A stretch of 59,631 nucleotides of DNA, the filler included, from Candidatus Zhuqueibacterota bacterium (GTDB lineage: Bacteria > BS750m-G25): assembly GCA_016783505.1 (NCBI GenBank). It is 2 parts of 2 records of this genome, joined end to end, with 100 filler letters (N's around TTAATTAATTAA, not from the genome) between each part and the next. Parts side by side here need not be neighbours in the genome. Positions count along the whole stretch, not along the records: positions 1 to 29,822 come from JADHWK010000026.1; 1 more part is not named here. One strand, written 5' to 3'. The notes under the pieces are model-generated. The model did no database searches. It saw only the letters and a list, made by a program, of their open reading frames with translations, and had not been told where the DNA came from. Made by a program: the position numbers and the translations under genes. Position 1 is the first letter of the stretch, and the number at the start of each line of letters is the position of its first letter. Below, in pieces: positions 18,957 through 29,627 of this stretch.

Positions 18957-20966
18957 CTACTCAAAGAAGTAGCCATTATTTATTTTATTTTCCTCACTAA
19001 GAGATAAACTGTAGGCTTTATTAATATGAGGTTTTAATTTTCTATATAATTCTTGGTCAATCTCTCGATCATGAGCTAAAATAATAACCTGGTCTCCTGC
19101 GATTGGAAAAAAGTTTTCAGTAATTTTTTCTACATGACTCTTATCTAATTTTGCCAATGGCGAATCGACTATCAATGGTAGCTTTCTATTCGATATTTCT
19201 GATAGACCCCAAAGAACAGAAAGAGCATATATTTCCTTCTCCCCTGCAGATATATTATCCTTATCTACAACCCCATCATCAAAATCAATCAAAGTAGTAG
19301 TAAATGTTTTATGATCAATTTTTATTTCTTTGACCATATCGTCTTTATTTGCAAGTTTGCGGTACATGTTTGTAATTATTTTTTCTAGTTCTTCAATTTT
19401 TGATGAGATAACTACATTAATGAATTCCTTTATTGAATCTTTAATTTTCATGAATACATCAATCTTCATAGCGTCCTTTTCGATACATACTATTTTCTCT
19501 TCTAATTCTCTTATAATTCCTTCAATTTTCGTTCTTTTTTCTTTTAGCGACTGACTCTCATTCTTTAATGTGTTAATGTCTTTCTCCATGAGTTCTATCT
19601 TTGTGCGTATAGATGTCAGTTCCTCCACGTATTCTTTTACAAAACACTCATCTGGAACTTGTTTTAATTTATCTTTAAGTTTTTTAGCCTGCAGAAGATT
19701 TTTTTCTCTGAGTTTAAGAATCTCATTAAGTTCTATTTTCACATACTCTTCAGTCTTATTCAAAAAATTCTCGATAAAATCCATTTCTGCACTTGTCAAA
19801 TCATGAATAAAAAATTCTTGAGATTCATTAACAATCTCTTCAAACATTTCCGAGAAGATATTATTAATCTCGGTTTTGATGATATTCAATTGATTTTTAG
19901 AGAGATCAGTAAGTTTTTTACTTGATTCCACCTTTTTCATAAACTTTTGATTTACTTCCTCCAGAATATGCTTACCTGCTATTAATTCTTTTAGTCGTCT
20001 CTCTTTCTTTAGCTGGTTTAATAGACTCTTACAAACATCCGATGCAATGACGAAAGGTAAAACCTCGCCGCATATTTGCCTTATTTTATTGTTGAGTTCG
20101 TCGAGTTCTCTTTTTAATCTTAACAGTGTATTTTCGTTCTTTTTTCTATCTCTAGCAAAAGCACCAGCCCTTCTTCTTAAATCCTTTTCAACATCTTTTC
20201 TTAGGTAATACATTTTAGCAACTTTATGAGAATTTGCGTCAATATCGTTTTCAATACAATCGATCTCTCTATTTATTTTTGAGATTTCATTTTCCTTCTC
20301 TATAATTTCCTCTTGAAGTTCAGAATGATTAATATTTCTACGTTTAATCTTATTAATTAGCGAGTCTAAGTCTGTAGCTAATGTTTCGTATAGTTTCAGC
20401 CCTATCAAATCTCTTATTGATTCTTTTAGAATTTCTTCTGCCTTATTTCCACTTGCTAGCTCTTTTACTCTTTCTCCATCAAAAAAGAAATGATCGGAGA
20501 CATATGGCGGTATGAGAGAAATAATATAATCCTCCCAGTAATCTCGGGGAATAATTTCTAGAGGCACACCACCTCGATATATTGTAAAATTTTCCTTATC
20601 TACTCTACCATCTTTAAACTCCCACTCTCTCTTCAAAGTTATTGAATATGTCGGATAAGTATCATCGATGTCTATTTCAATCTGAATGAAAAATCGGTTA
20701 TCGTTATCTTTAACAGAAGATTTGTTTTTTCCTAAAAGAAGATAATTAAAATAATTTTCCCTTGATAATGTGGAACCATTGAATATTCTACCGAACAAAC
20801 ATAGCTTTATAGCCTCTACAATCGTTGTCTTACCAGACCCATTAAATCCGCCGATTAATATAATATTTTTTTGCTTATTATCGCTAGGTAGCGTCGTATC
20901 TATTTTGTGGTCCCCTCTAAAGTTTTTGAAATTACATAAAGTAACATTGCGGATTTTCATTTTCAT
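18957..20966 (-). CDS. dndD: DNA sulfur modification ATPase DndD
   Basis: GGFNGSGKTT, FFFDGE, coiled coil, SAGEKEI, DSPLAKLD, HDRE. Confidence 0.9.
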   Translation of the reverse strand: MKMKIRNVTLCNFKNFRGDHKIDTTLPSDNKQKNIILIGGFNGSGKTTIVEAIKLCLFGRIFNGSTLSRENYFNYLLLGKNKSSVKDNDNRFFIQIEIDIDDTYPTYSITLKREWEFKDGRVDKENFTIYRGGVPLEIIPRDYWEDYIISLIPPYVSDHFFFDGERVKELASGNKAEEILKESIRDLIGLKLYETLATDLDSLINKIKRRNINHSELQEEIIEKENEISKINREIDCIENDIDANSHKVAKMYYLRKDVEKDLRRRAGAFARDRKKNENTLLRLKRELDELNNKIRQICGEVLPFVIASDVCKSLLNQLKKERRLKELIAGKHILEEVNQKFMKKVESSKKLTDLSKNQLNIIKTEINNIFSEMFEEIVNESQEFFIHDLTSAEMDFIENFLNKTEEYVKIELNEILKLREKNLLQAKKLKDKLKQVPDECFVKEYVEELTSIRTKIELMEKDINTLKNESQSLKEKRTKIEGIIRELEEKIVCIEKDAMKIDVFMKIKDSIKEFINVVISSKIEELEKIITNMYRKLANKDDMVKEIKIDHKTFTTTLIDFDDGVVDKDNISAGEKEIYALSVLWGLSEISNRKLPLIVDSPLAKLDKSHVEKITENFFPIAGDQVIILAHDREIDQELYRKLKPHINKAYSLSLSEENKINNGYFFE

Positions 20967-22321
20967 ACACCGTTTTCAGCTGCCATTTCGTTTATTACAT
21001 GTTCCTCAATAACCTTTTCTAAACGGTCGTAAATTCCAGTTCTACGAGATAAAGATGAAAGATCCTTCTCAACAATCAAAAGTTGCTCTATCAAGCGTGC
21101 TGGGATCCTATTTTTATCACAAATTTTACTCAGTTGTTCCAGACCTAACATATTATTCCTGGGGGAATAGGCTGTAAAATCATTCATTTTAGGAAAATCT
21201 AAAACATCAGCTATGGAAGATATGTTATCTCCCTCATAAATCCATATGGTCTCAATAGCCTTAATTTCCTCGGGGGATATTAAAGGAATTTCTCTACCCA
21301 TGATTTGTTCTTGAAGTTTAATCAATCTTCTTAAAATTTCATGTCTTGTTTCAAACGTAAACGGGCCAAGAATCTTATGTCCTCGATGTTCTGGTAAGGT
21401 GTATTCTCTCCCCAATCTTTTGGCAACTACTTCCCTCTTTTTGCTATTTTTTCTTGTACCTTCTCGATAATTAGGATCGTTACGAATCTCTTTGAGCCAA
21501 TTTCTGAACTCTAAAAGGGGTCCTAACCATGCTTCCCCGTCTTCAATTAAGCCTTCTAGTGCTCTATCCCGTTCTACAACAGTACATACCCAACATCCGA
21601 ATCTGCTACCACCACAAGCGGGGGTACTTTTGTCAATAACCAACGGACACTCTCTATCAACCTTTCGGTAGAATGTTATCAAGTCCCTATTATTATCCCC
21701 CCAAGGTGATTGTACTTGTAGTAAATATGCCCAAACGTCTCTGTAGTCCCAATCTTCTATGGGAGTATAAATATAAGCACCGGGAATTGATGAGTGTTTT
21801 CTTAGTCCAAAATCTTCAATTTCATACTTCCCCATAGTCTGTGCTCGTGAGCCACTTTCGGTTTTTCTGGCTCCCAATAAAATTATTACCTCACCATTTT
21901 CTTTAACTTGTTCTATTATGTATTTAGTCATTGGGTATATTTTGAGTCGGTCCGTGCACCATCTAAACCATCTATTTGGTGATGGATACCCTCTTCCAAT
22001 TAGATTTACCCAGAAAGTATCATTTAACAGGGGACGCAATATTTTGACTGTAATTGGAAGTTCATCTTTTTTAGCTTGCTTTTCAATTTTTCTACATATG
22101 TTTTTTATTCTTAATTCTATAATTGGTGATTCTACTAACGTATCTGCAGATAGTACATGAACTTCTTTGTTACTTTTTTCTGGGTGTAAATTTTGGAGCA
22201 TATAGTAAACCATTTGAGTAACGCAAGTAGAGTCCTTACCGCCACTAAGACCAATTATCCAAGGTCTTTTATCATTTAGGTATAAATTTTCCATTTCTTT
22301 ATAAATCTCAGTAGGATTCAT
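20963..22321 (-). CDS. dndC: DNA phosphorothioation sulfurtransferase DndC
   Basis: SGGKDS, NLIGRGYPSP, WCTDRLKI, CGGSRFGCWVC. Confidence 0.96.
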   Translation of the reverse strand: MNPTEIYKEMENLYLNDKRPWIIGLSGGKDSTCVTQMVYYMLQNLHPEKSNKEVHVLSADTLVESPIIELRIKNICRKIEKQAKKDELPITVKILRPLLNDTFWVNLIGRGYPSPNRWFRWCTDRLKIYPMTKYIIEQVKENGEVIILLGARKTESGSRAQTMGKYEIEDFGLRKHSSIPGAYIYTPIEDWDYRDVWAYLLQVQSPWGDNNRDLITFYRKVDRECPLVIDKSTPACGGSRFGCWVCTVVERDRALEGLIEDGEAWLGPLLEFRNWLKEIRNDPNYREGTRKNSKKREVVAKRLGREYTLPEHRGHKILGPFTFETRHEILRRLIKLQEQIMGREIPLISPEEIKAIETIWIYEGDNISSIADVLDFPKMNDFTAYSPRNNMLGLEQLSKICDKNRIPARLIEQLLIVEKDLSSLSRRTGIYDRLEKVIEEHVINEMAAENGV

Positions 22322-22340
22322 TTTTTCAAACCTTCCCTAA

Positions 22341-22868
22341 TTAGTCAAATTCGTCTTGTAATTTTGATATTATCTCAGAGTCCTCCATCTTAAGTCTTTT
22401 ATGTTCATATTCTTCTTCCATTTCGCTTCTCATTTTATCTAAGTATTGTACAATTTCCTCAACATCATCTATTCTTATTCGGAAACCTTTGCCTGTCCAT
22501 CCTTCATAACTTCTAGTCCGAATAAATTCCCTTACATCGATCATTGGTTCAAATTTAGTATATTTATCTTTTATTCCTCTTATGACTATTTTTGAATCTC
22601 TGCCATTATCTATGACACCAATTTCTCCATTATGTTCTAGCTTATTTCTATTATTAGTTAGTATATCTCTTAATTTTTGTAGTTGATTTCTCGATAGAAT
22701 TATTCCTTTTTTAGTATAACCTGTATATCCTATTGATTGCCAATAATATCGTATCTGACCTAATTTATCAACATAATTTCTCACAGTAATCATAAAATGT
22801 AATGACTTATTTTCGTTAAGTCCTATCACTCCTACGATTTTATTTTCATAGCGCATCCTATTCCCCAC
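22341..22868 (-). CDS. Tandem PC4/YdbC-like ssDNA-binding domain protein (putative)
   Basis: Two similar halves: QIRYYW..YTGYTKKGIILS and IDVREF..YEGWTGKGFRIR. Confidence 0.6.
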   Translation of the reverse strand: MGNRMRYENKIVGVIGLNENKSLHFMITVRNYVDKLGQIRYYWQSIGYTGYTKKGIILSRNQLQKLRDILTNNRNKLEHNGEIGVIDNGRDSKIVIRGIKDKYTKFEPMIDVREFIRTRSYEGWTGKGFRIRIDDVEEIVQYLDKMRSEMEEEYEHKRLKMEDSEIISKLQDEFD

Positions 22869-23321
22869 TCAGATCTCGTGGTCAATTTTTTCCAATATTC
22901 CTTCTTCCTTTTTCTCTTTTACCTGATTAAAAATATAATTTATTAGATTATCTATTGGTTCACCCGGTTGGTCGAGTAACTTCTCTTTCAATATTTGAAT
23001 CCCCCCATTAGCATACTTTTCCAAAATCGTAATTTTCGTATCAAATGATTCTTCTGTGTCTAGCAATACGTTTAAATCATTTGTTTTTGATAAAGCAATT
23101 GCGTTTATTATAGCTACATCTGTAGCATTCCTTTCAAATACTTCCCAATGTATTTCTCCTTCCCCCGTTGCAGTAGATAAAATTTTTTCTTTACCTTTAT
23201 TATAACCAATACTAGCAGCTAACAGTAATATATCTTTACGAGTGGAAAAAATTTGCTCTTCAGATTCCATAAGTAGGTCATATATTTCCGTTTTTTTCTC
23301 GTAATAAATTCTTCTCGGCAT
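22869..23321 (-). CDS. pbeD: PbeD / Dnd-associated protein 4-like
   Basis: FSTRKDILLLAASIGY, EKYANGGIQIL; follows the SMC-like ATPase. Confidence 0.75.
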   Translation of the reverse strand: MPRRIYYEKKTEIYDLLMESEEQIFSTRKDILLLAASIGYNKGKEKILSTATGEGEIHWEVFERNATDVAIINAIALSKTNDLNVLLDTEESFDTKITILEKYANGGIQILKEKLLDQPGEPIDNLINYIFNQVKEKKEEGILEKIDHEI

Positions 23322-25334
23322 TTATTCCACCTCTCTTATCATTGTATGTTCATATTCTACATCGGGTATTTTTTGGGGGTCGTAATATTCCAAGTGGTAT
23401 TCCTTATCTGCCTTTTTTTTCATTGTTTTTTCTACTTCACCTTTCCATTGAGTGCTTGTCACAAGTACAATGACTTGTTCGGCCAACTTTGGCATACCCT
23501 CCCCAATTACTTCCCTATAGTCTTTATCTAAATATCCAAATGGAGCATCCATAATTATAGGATATATTCCCCCCTTAAAATAAACGGCATCTTTCTTCTT
23601 TTCAGATTGTTCCCTAGCAATATCTACCAACCCTCCGATAAAGGATAAACTCGCAATTTGCCGTTCTCCTGTTGACATACCCACAGGTATTTCTTGATCT
23701 TTTACCTTTTTGAATATCTTAAGTTCGTAATCATCTGTAATTTTCGCCCAATAGGGTTTGTGTATGAACTCAGAATATAGATCCCCAACCTTTGTTTGAG
23801 TTTTATCTCGGACTCTCTTTGCAAAATCTTGAAATAATCCCTCAATATATTTCTTTACCTTTTTACATACGATGAACCTCTCTTGTGCAATAGCCCCTCT
23901 AGCCTCTTTTGCTTTTGCTTTTTCTATATCTTTTTCAATATTATTAATCTCGGTTACAACTTTCTTGTTATCGCTTTTCTTAATTCCGATATTTATTTTA
24001 GTATCTTCTAGCTCTCCATCTATAACTCTTCTCTTATTTTCCAGTTCTTGGATCTCCTCGGTATCTTTTTCAAATTCGCTACCAATTTCGGAGATTTGTT
24101 CTTCTAAGTTGATTTTATTTTCAGATAATTCTTCTTTTTCCTTTAAAAGCTTTTTTAGTTGCTTTAGAAATTCGTCTCTTTTCTCAGAGAATTCTTTGAT
24201 AGAACCTGAAATTACAGTAACAGCTTCATCTAATCCTTCCGGACCTGCTTTTTCCCTCCATTGGGTAACTGCCCTATATGGATCAGTGCCCTCCTTTAAA
24301 GGTCTAGCGCAAATACATAAATGCACGTTCAATAAGTCATCTACAAATTGCTTTTTTATAGAGGAAGGTATTTCTCCCTTTTGTCTCTTCTCTTTGAGAA
24401 TCTCCATAGTCTTAGTAAAAGGTTCGTTTGCAAAAGCATAGTAAGCCTTTTTACCACAGAGCGTCTTTATTTCGTTATTTTTTTTATTTATCAACTCTTG
24501 AGTTTCATCCCTTTCATGTTCTAATTTTTCTCTTTTTTCTTGCCGCTCTTTTGCGCTTTCTAGTTTTTTAAGTTTTTCATTAACTTCCCATCTTTCCTCT
24601 TTTAGTGCATCTAAATTCTTATCTAAATTATTAAGATCATTTTTGAGGCCTTTAAGTTTTACTTCTTTTTCCTTCTTGTTTTGGATAAATTCTTTAAGTT
24701 CTTCGCTTCCGTATTTTTCCATTTCTTCTTCAAATCTTCTAGCGACACTATCAAGATGTGTAATAGATCTCTCCAAAATTGTTAGACCCATTATATTCCT
24801 TATAGAATCTTGAATTTCTCTTGAGCTTTCCGTTTTAGACATGCGGTCTATGTCTTCCCCGTGAAAGAAAAATAAGTTACTTAGACTTGGTGGCATTATT
24901 TGTTTAATTATATCTTGTGGGTTACCTGGCACCTTTGTCTTTCCAGTAATATCGATATATTCCAAATGGAATTCCTCATCAACTCTCTCCCCGGTAAAAT
25001 CATTTTCTGATCTCTTTCTTACTACATGTCTTCTCCAAATCGCATACCTTTTTTCATCGTGTTCAAATTTTAGTTGTACTTTGATTTCAATATCTTTGCC
25101 TACCTCAGCTTCTGCTATAGCCCGTTCATTTACAATTCTTTCAGGTCCAGGTAAATTGACCTCACCATAGAGTACCCAGAGAAAAGAATTTAGTAATGCC
25201 GTCTTGCCCGCTCCATTTTCTCCATGTATCACCGTTATATTATTCTCCTTAGATTTAGAAAACACAACCTTTTGTTCCTTTTCCCCACCGTAATATTGTC
25301 TAAAATTAGTCAGCGTTAGTGTATCAAATATCAT
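23322..25334 (-). CDS. pbeC: PbeC-like SMC/Rad50-type ATPase
   Basis: NFRQYYG, HGENGAGKT, FFFHGE, STGERQI, DAPFGYLD. Confidence 0.8.
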   Translation of the reverse strand: MIFDTLTLTNFRQYYGGEKEQKVVFSKSKENNITVIHGENGAGKTALLNSFLWVLYGEVNLPGPERIVNERAIAEAEVGKDIEIKVQLKFEHDEKRYAIWRRHVVRKRSENDFTGERVDEEFHLEYIDITGKTKVPGNPQDIIKQIMPPSLSNLFFFHGEDIDRMSKTESSREIQDSIRNIMGLTILERSITHLDSVARRFEEEMEKYGSEELKEFIQNKKEKEVKLKGLKNDLNNLDKNLDALKEERWEVNEKLKKLESAKERQEKREKLEHERDETQELINKKNNEIKTLCGKKAYYAFANEPFTKTMEILKEKRQKGEIPSSIKKQFVDDLLNVHLCICARPLKEGTDPYRAVTQWREKAGPEGLDEAVTVISGSIKEFSEKRDEFLKQLKKLLKEKEELSENKINLEEQISEIGSEFEKDTEEIQELENKRRVIDGELEDTKINIGIKKSDNKKVVTEINNIEKDIEKAKAKEARGAIAQERFIVCKKVKKYIEGLFQDFAKRVRDKTQTKVGDLYSEFIHKPYWAKITDDYELKIFKKVKDQEIPVGMSTGERQIASLSFIGGLVDIAREQSEKKKDAVYFKGGIYPIIMDAPFGYLDKDYREVIGEGMPKLAEQVIVLVTSTQWKGEVEKTMKKKADKEYHLEYYDPQKIPDVEYEHTMIREVE

Positions 25335-25350
25335 TTCAAGACCTCCGTCT

Positions 25351-25509
25351 CTACTGTTCTTTGATTATGTTCTTGATTATTTTCTCGATATCATTTATTA
25401 TATCTCTCGGTTTGTCCATATGAAGCTTTCTTTGCTCAGCTTCCAAGACTGCTTTGATTACCAACTTTACTTCATGTTCAATTTCTTTTGAGTTGTCTAT
25501 TTCCTCCAT
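25351..25509 (-). CDS. pbeB: PbeB-like small protein (52 aa, absent from the ORF track)
   Basis: MEEIDNSKEIEHEVKLVIKAVLEAEQRKLHMDKPRDIINDIEKIIKNIIKEQ; RBS GGAGGT; lies between pbeA and pbeC. Confidence 0.75.
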   Translation of the reverse strand: MEEIDNSKEIEHEVKLVIKAVLEAEQRKLHMDKPRDIINDIEKIIKNIIKEQ

Positions 25510-25527
25510 AACTCTACCTCCATTTTC

Positions 25528-27645
25528 TTATAGATGAAGAAGTGAATATTGTTTTTTCAGATTTAATAATTTCCTTTTAGCTTGTGGTCCATTTTCAGCG
25601 ATATCAGCAAACCATGAGACACGTTTTAGTTCTCTCATAATCATTCTTCGCTCAATGTTAAAACGTTTTGGATCAAGACGGTCCAATTCACCAATTGTTG
25701 GTGGAATAACTATGAAATCATAAATATACGAAAATTTCTTGTCTTTATGTTTTCGCAAAATTCTACCTCTCCTTTGGATAAACTGTCTCGGGTTTGTGCT
25801 GCTTGCTAATATATATGCAGTTTCAGTTGCAGGGACATCGACGCCTTCATCAAGGCAACGAATTGCAACTAGTACCTGTAATTCCCATTTTTCGAATCTT
25901 TTCAATAATTTTTCTCGTTCTTCTCGTTTTTCTTCCGCGGTAAATGGGTGTACCTTCATTCCCAAATCTCTTCCTAACATAGCTATAACTCTCTCAATTT
26001 GCCTGATACCTTCTATTTTTCCATCACCACAATATATCAGATTAAATTTGGAGTCTAACCTATCTTCCAAAAGCTCTCTCAATTTTTTTATTTTATTTTC
26101 TGCTCGCCCAATCAGCCTAGCTCTTCTAATTAATAGATTATTTAATGCTGAGTCCTCAGATAACTCAAAATCTTTATCTTTTGGAAATATACGTGCAATT
26201 TTTTTCGATAGTTGATGGTACTCTTCGCATTCATCATCTGTCAGTTCGACTAAATGTGGATAATAATAGTATTTCGTCAGCCAGCCATCGTTAATAGCAT
26301 CTTCAAGTTCATATTTATAAATTATTCCATTTTTAAAATATTTATTAATATATTCATTACCGACATTATCATACCATCTTTCAGGTGTAGCTGATAGTCC
26401 TAACCTAAAGGGAATATTATTTGGAAGGCAATCACGTAAATGCTTAGCTCCTAAGTGATGTACTTCATCCACAATCATTATCGTATCTCTATCATATAAT
26501 TTTGATAGAGTTTTTTGCATTACGTCCATTCCAAATGTTTTGTGTGTCGTAATTAATGAAAAACAATCAATTGCCTTTCCATTGAAGCCAGCTATTTTTG
26601 AGTTTAAACGTCCTTCCCATTTCCTACGAGATTCAAAACCTAAAATTGGGTTTAAATTAAAATTCTTAGCAACATTTTCCCATTGAACTACAAGATGTTT
26701 ATATGGGCATGTTATAATAATAGCTAACCTTTTATTACATCTTTTATATAACTTTGAAATTAATGCCAAAGCGGTAATGGTTTTACCCGCCCCTGTTGCC
26801 ATTTTAAAAATACCTTTTCCCTCATTTTTAAACCATTGTTCGATCGCTTCTTTCTGATATATTCTAAGTTCAATGGAAGAGGGGATTGTGGGGCCTTTTT
26901 CAGTAGACTTAAGTTTATATTCTAGATTTAGTTCATCAATGTCTCGTGGAGCAATTTTTATCAATTTTTCTTTTAATGCCTCAGGAATTTCAAGAATTTC
27001 TACTCTATCTGTTTCTCCATTCCAGTACTTGTTAAACTTGTAATAATCACTTTTAAAATGTTCATATTCTGCCTCAATACAGCTTCGAAATACTTTGATC
27101 TCTTCAATATTTTCGGTCCAAGCCCGTCTAGTTTCATTTACAGAGCCGCTGAAAGATATCCTATTACCATCACGGTCAGTAAGAACTCCTACTTTCATAT
27201 GGAATATACCCGTCTCCGAAATTGTTTGCATATCCATTGGGATGCCATTTTTATCTTTTACAATTGCAATACGAATCTCTAGCTTTTGTTTTGCAATCAG
27301 CCATCCGAGAGCCATAACGTGGTTCCTCACAAACTCATCCTCTATTGAATCAATATCATTTATAGTCGCTCGTTTAATCACTTCTTCCGGCTTTTCGAGA
27401 CCGACTCTTATTGCATCAATGTCCTCTTTTTTCAACATTGCACCAGCAACTATTTTCATCTTACCGTCATTCTTCAACAATCCTCGGATACCTCTAGCTG
27501 CAACTGCTAGAGCTGACGAGGAAAAGAACCCAGCGAGACGACAATATTCAACAGAATTATTGAGGACAGGGATATAAAAATCATTCAGAATGTCGTCATC
27601 ATCTGAATCATATGATGATTTAATTCCTATGTCTCCAAAGCTCAT
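25528..27645 (-). CDS. pbeA: PbeA: PLD-like nuclease plus SF2 helicase
   Basis: DFYIP, AGFFSS, FHMKVG..SGSVNET (HxK), ATGAGKT, DEVH, SAT, QRRGRILR. Confidence 0.85.
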   Translation of the reverse strand: MSFGDIGIKSSYDSDDDDILNDFYIPVLNNSVEYCRLAGFFSSSALAVAARGIRGLLKNDGKMKIVAGAMLKKEDIDAIRVGLEKPEEVIKRATINDIDSIEDEFVRNHVMALGWLIAKQKLEIRIAIVKDKNGIPMDMQTISETGIFHMKVGVLTDRDGNRISFSGSVNETRRAWTENIEEIKVFRSCIEAEYEHFKSDYYKFNKYWNGETDRVEILEIPEALKEKLIKIAPRDIDELNLEYKLKSTEKGPTIPSSIELRIYQKEAIEQWFKNEGKGIFKMATGAGKTITALALISKLYKRCNKRLAIIITCPYKHLVVQWENVAKNFNLNPILGFESRRKWEGRLNSKIAGFNGKAIDCFSLITTHKTFGMDVMQKTLSKLYDRDTIMIVDEVHHLGAKHLRDCLPNNIPFRLGLSATPERWYDNVGNEYINKYFKNGIIYKYELEDAINDGWLTKYYYYPHLVELTDDECEEYHQLSKKIARIFPKDKDFELSEDSALNNLLIRRARLIGRAENKIKKLRELLEDRLDSKFNLIYCGDGKIEGIRQIERVIAMLGRDLGMKVHPFTAEEKREEREKLLKRFEKWELQVLVAIRCLDEGVDVPATETAYILASSTNPRQFIQRRGRILRKHKDKKFSYIYDFIVIPPTIGELDRLDPKRFNIERRMIMRELKRVSWFADIAENGPQAKRKLLNLKKQYSLLHL

Positions 27646-28062
27646 TTTGTTCACATACAATTCTTTGCTTAGTACCCATATTAAGTATGCTTAGATTGTA
27701 TTAACATTAATTGGATACATCAGATTTTCAATGGGTTGCGAGTTTTCTGCGTGCATATGCCTCTTTCCAATCATATCCTCCGTTGTTTTAAGCCTTTTGC
27801 CCACGATTGCGGATAACGTCCGTATTACCGAACCATGAGGTTCGTATTATCGGAACGACCTTGGGAACTGATTAATTAACGGTATATGCAAACTGGTTCG
27901 CCAATATTCACTCTGTCGGAGCCCGTTATTTTTCACTGCTAAATATCTTCTTTTGTACGTCCCTCTTTTCACATTGATTTTATCCAGCGCAGTTTGTGAA
28001 AGAACCCAATAGATATAACTTGAAGGATTTAATCTAACGTTGCTTTTCCACAAATTCTGTGG

Positions 28063-29418
28063 CTACAGAATAAACCGACTCAGATCCTCATCCTCCACGA
28101 TATCCTTCAGCGTATCCCGCACCCTCTCCCGGGTAATCTCGATCTTCTTAGTCTTCCGGTCCGGCACTTTATAGAGAATATCTTCGAGCAAAGTCGTCAT
28201 AACGGTGTGCAACCTCCGGGCGCCGATGTTCTCCATCCGGCGGTTTACTAGGTCAGCGGTGGCGGCGATCTCCTCAATAGCCCCCTTATCAAAGCCCAGC
28301 TCAACCCCTTCGGACTTCAAAAGGGCGGTATACTGTTTGATCAGAGCATTTCGGGGGCGGGTGAGAATTTTCACAAAATCCTTAGCCGTCAGACTGCTAA
28401 GCTCCACCCTGATGGGAAATCGGCCCTGGAGTTCCGGGATGAGATCGGATGGTTTGGAGACATGGAAAGCCCCAGAGGCGATGAACAGGACGTGATCGGT
28501 CTTCACGAGACCGTATTTGCTAACCACGGTGGTCCCCTCCACCACCGGCAGAATATCCCGCTGCACCCCCTCCCGGGACACGTCCGGGTTGCCAGTGGCC
28601 TCGCGGCCGGCGATCTTATCTATCTCATCAATAAACACGATCCCCGAATTTTCCACCCGACCGATGGCCTCCTTGATCACCTTATCCATGTCAATCAGCT
28701 TCTGGGTCTCCTCCTGGGTCAAAATCTTACGGGCCTCGGCCACGGACGTGCGGCGGCGCCTGCGCTTCTGGGGGAGCATCCCCCCGAACATCTCCTGGAT
28801 GTTCAGGCCCATCTCCTCAATCCCGATAGGGGAGAAAATTTGCATCATTGAGACGGCCTCTTCACGAACATCCAGTTCCACCTCGTTCTGCTCCAGCCCC
28901 CCGGCAGAGAGTTTTACCCGCATTTTCTCCCGGTTTCGTTCCCGCTTCTCCAGGGCATCGGCTTCCGGTGGGTTGATCATCCCCCCCCTGCGCACCGGCT
29001 TTAAGGGGGGAAGCAAAAGGTCAAGCAGCCTCTCTTCAGCCTGTATTTTAGCCCGGTTCTGGACCTGCTCGACATTTTCCTTCTTTACCATGGACACGGA
29101 CAGGTCGGTTAAGTCCCGAATCATGGACTCCACGTCCCGCCCCACATACCCCACCTCGGTGTATTTGGACGCCTCTACCTTGATAAAAGGGGCCTGGGCC
29201 AGGTTGGCCAACCGGCGGGCGATCTCGGTCTTGCCCACCCCGGTGGGGCCGATCATGATGATGTTATTGGGCATAATCTCTTCTTTCAGATCCTCCCCTA
29301 CCTGCTGCCTCCGCCAGCGATTGCGGAGTGCAATGGCCACCATCTTTTTTGCCTTATCCTGGCCGATGATGTATTTATCCAGCTCTTTGACGATCTGTTT
29401 TGGGGTCAATTCCTTCAT
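28063..29418 (-). CDS. hslU: ATP-dependent protease ATPase subunit HslU
   Basis: [28 protein letters not shown]. Confidence 0.98.
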   Translation of the reverse strand: MKELTPKQIVKELDKYIIGQDKAKKMVAIALRNRWRRQQVGEDLKEEIMPNNIIMIGPTGVGKTEIARRLANLAQAPFIKVEASKYTEVGYVGRDVESMIRDLTDLSVSMVKKENVEQVQNRAKIQAEERLLDLLLPPLKPVRRGGMINPPEADALEKRERNREKMRVKLSAGGLEQNEVELDVREEAVSMMQIFSPIGIEEMGLNIQEMFGGMLPQKRRRRRTSVAEARKILTQEETQKLIDMDKVIKEAIGRVENSGIVFIDEIDKIAGREATGNPDVSREGVQRDILPVVEGTTVVSKYGLVKTDHVLFIASGAFHVSKPSDLIPELQGRFPIRVELSSLTAKDFVKILTRPRNALIKQYTALLKSEGVELGFDKGAIEEIAATADLVNRRMENIGARRLHTVMTTLLEDILYKVPDRKTKKIEITRERVRDTLKDIVEDEDLSRFIL

Positions 29419-29457
29419 TCAAAGCCTCCGATCTAAAAAGTTATGATAATCCCAGAT

Positions 29458-29595
29458 TCGGAAAACACTGAACAACACTGAAATGATCGCTGATTGCTGA
29501 TTGCTGCTGGAGTTTAGGTTTTAACAATCAGCAATCAACAATCAACAATCAACAATTCAGCACTTTTTCGCCACTGCGAACCTTCGGTCGGTATT
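29458..29595. repeat. Intergenic element with 7-mer repeats; inverted copy at about 54085-54243
   Basis: (TGATTGC)n / (CAACAAT)n arms and shared flanks in reverse complement. Confidence 0.75.
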
Positions 29596-29627
29596 GAATT
29601 TCTGAATTTAGGGTAATCCCTGATGCT

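Noticed and set aside
27847-28053. 68-aa ORF at the island edge
   Set aside because: No RBS or recognisable motif; possibly a remnant
28517-29446. Long antisense ORFs (also 9720-10436, 46587-47372 and others)
   Set aside because: Shadow frames of well-supported genes
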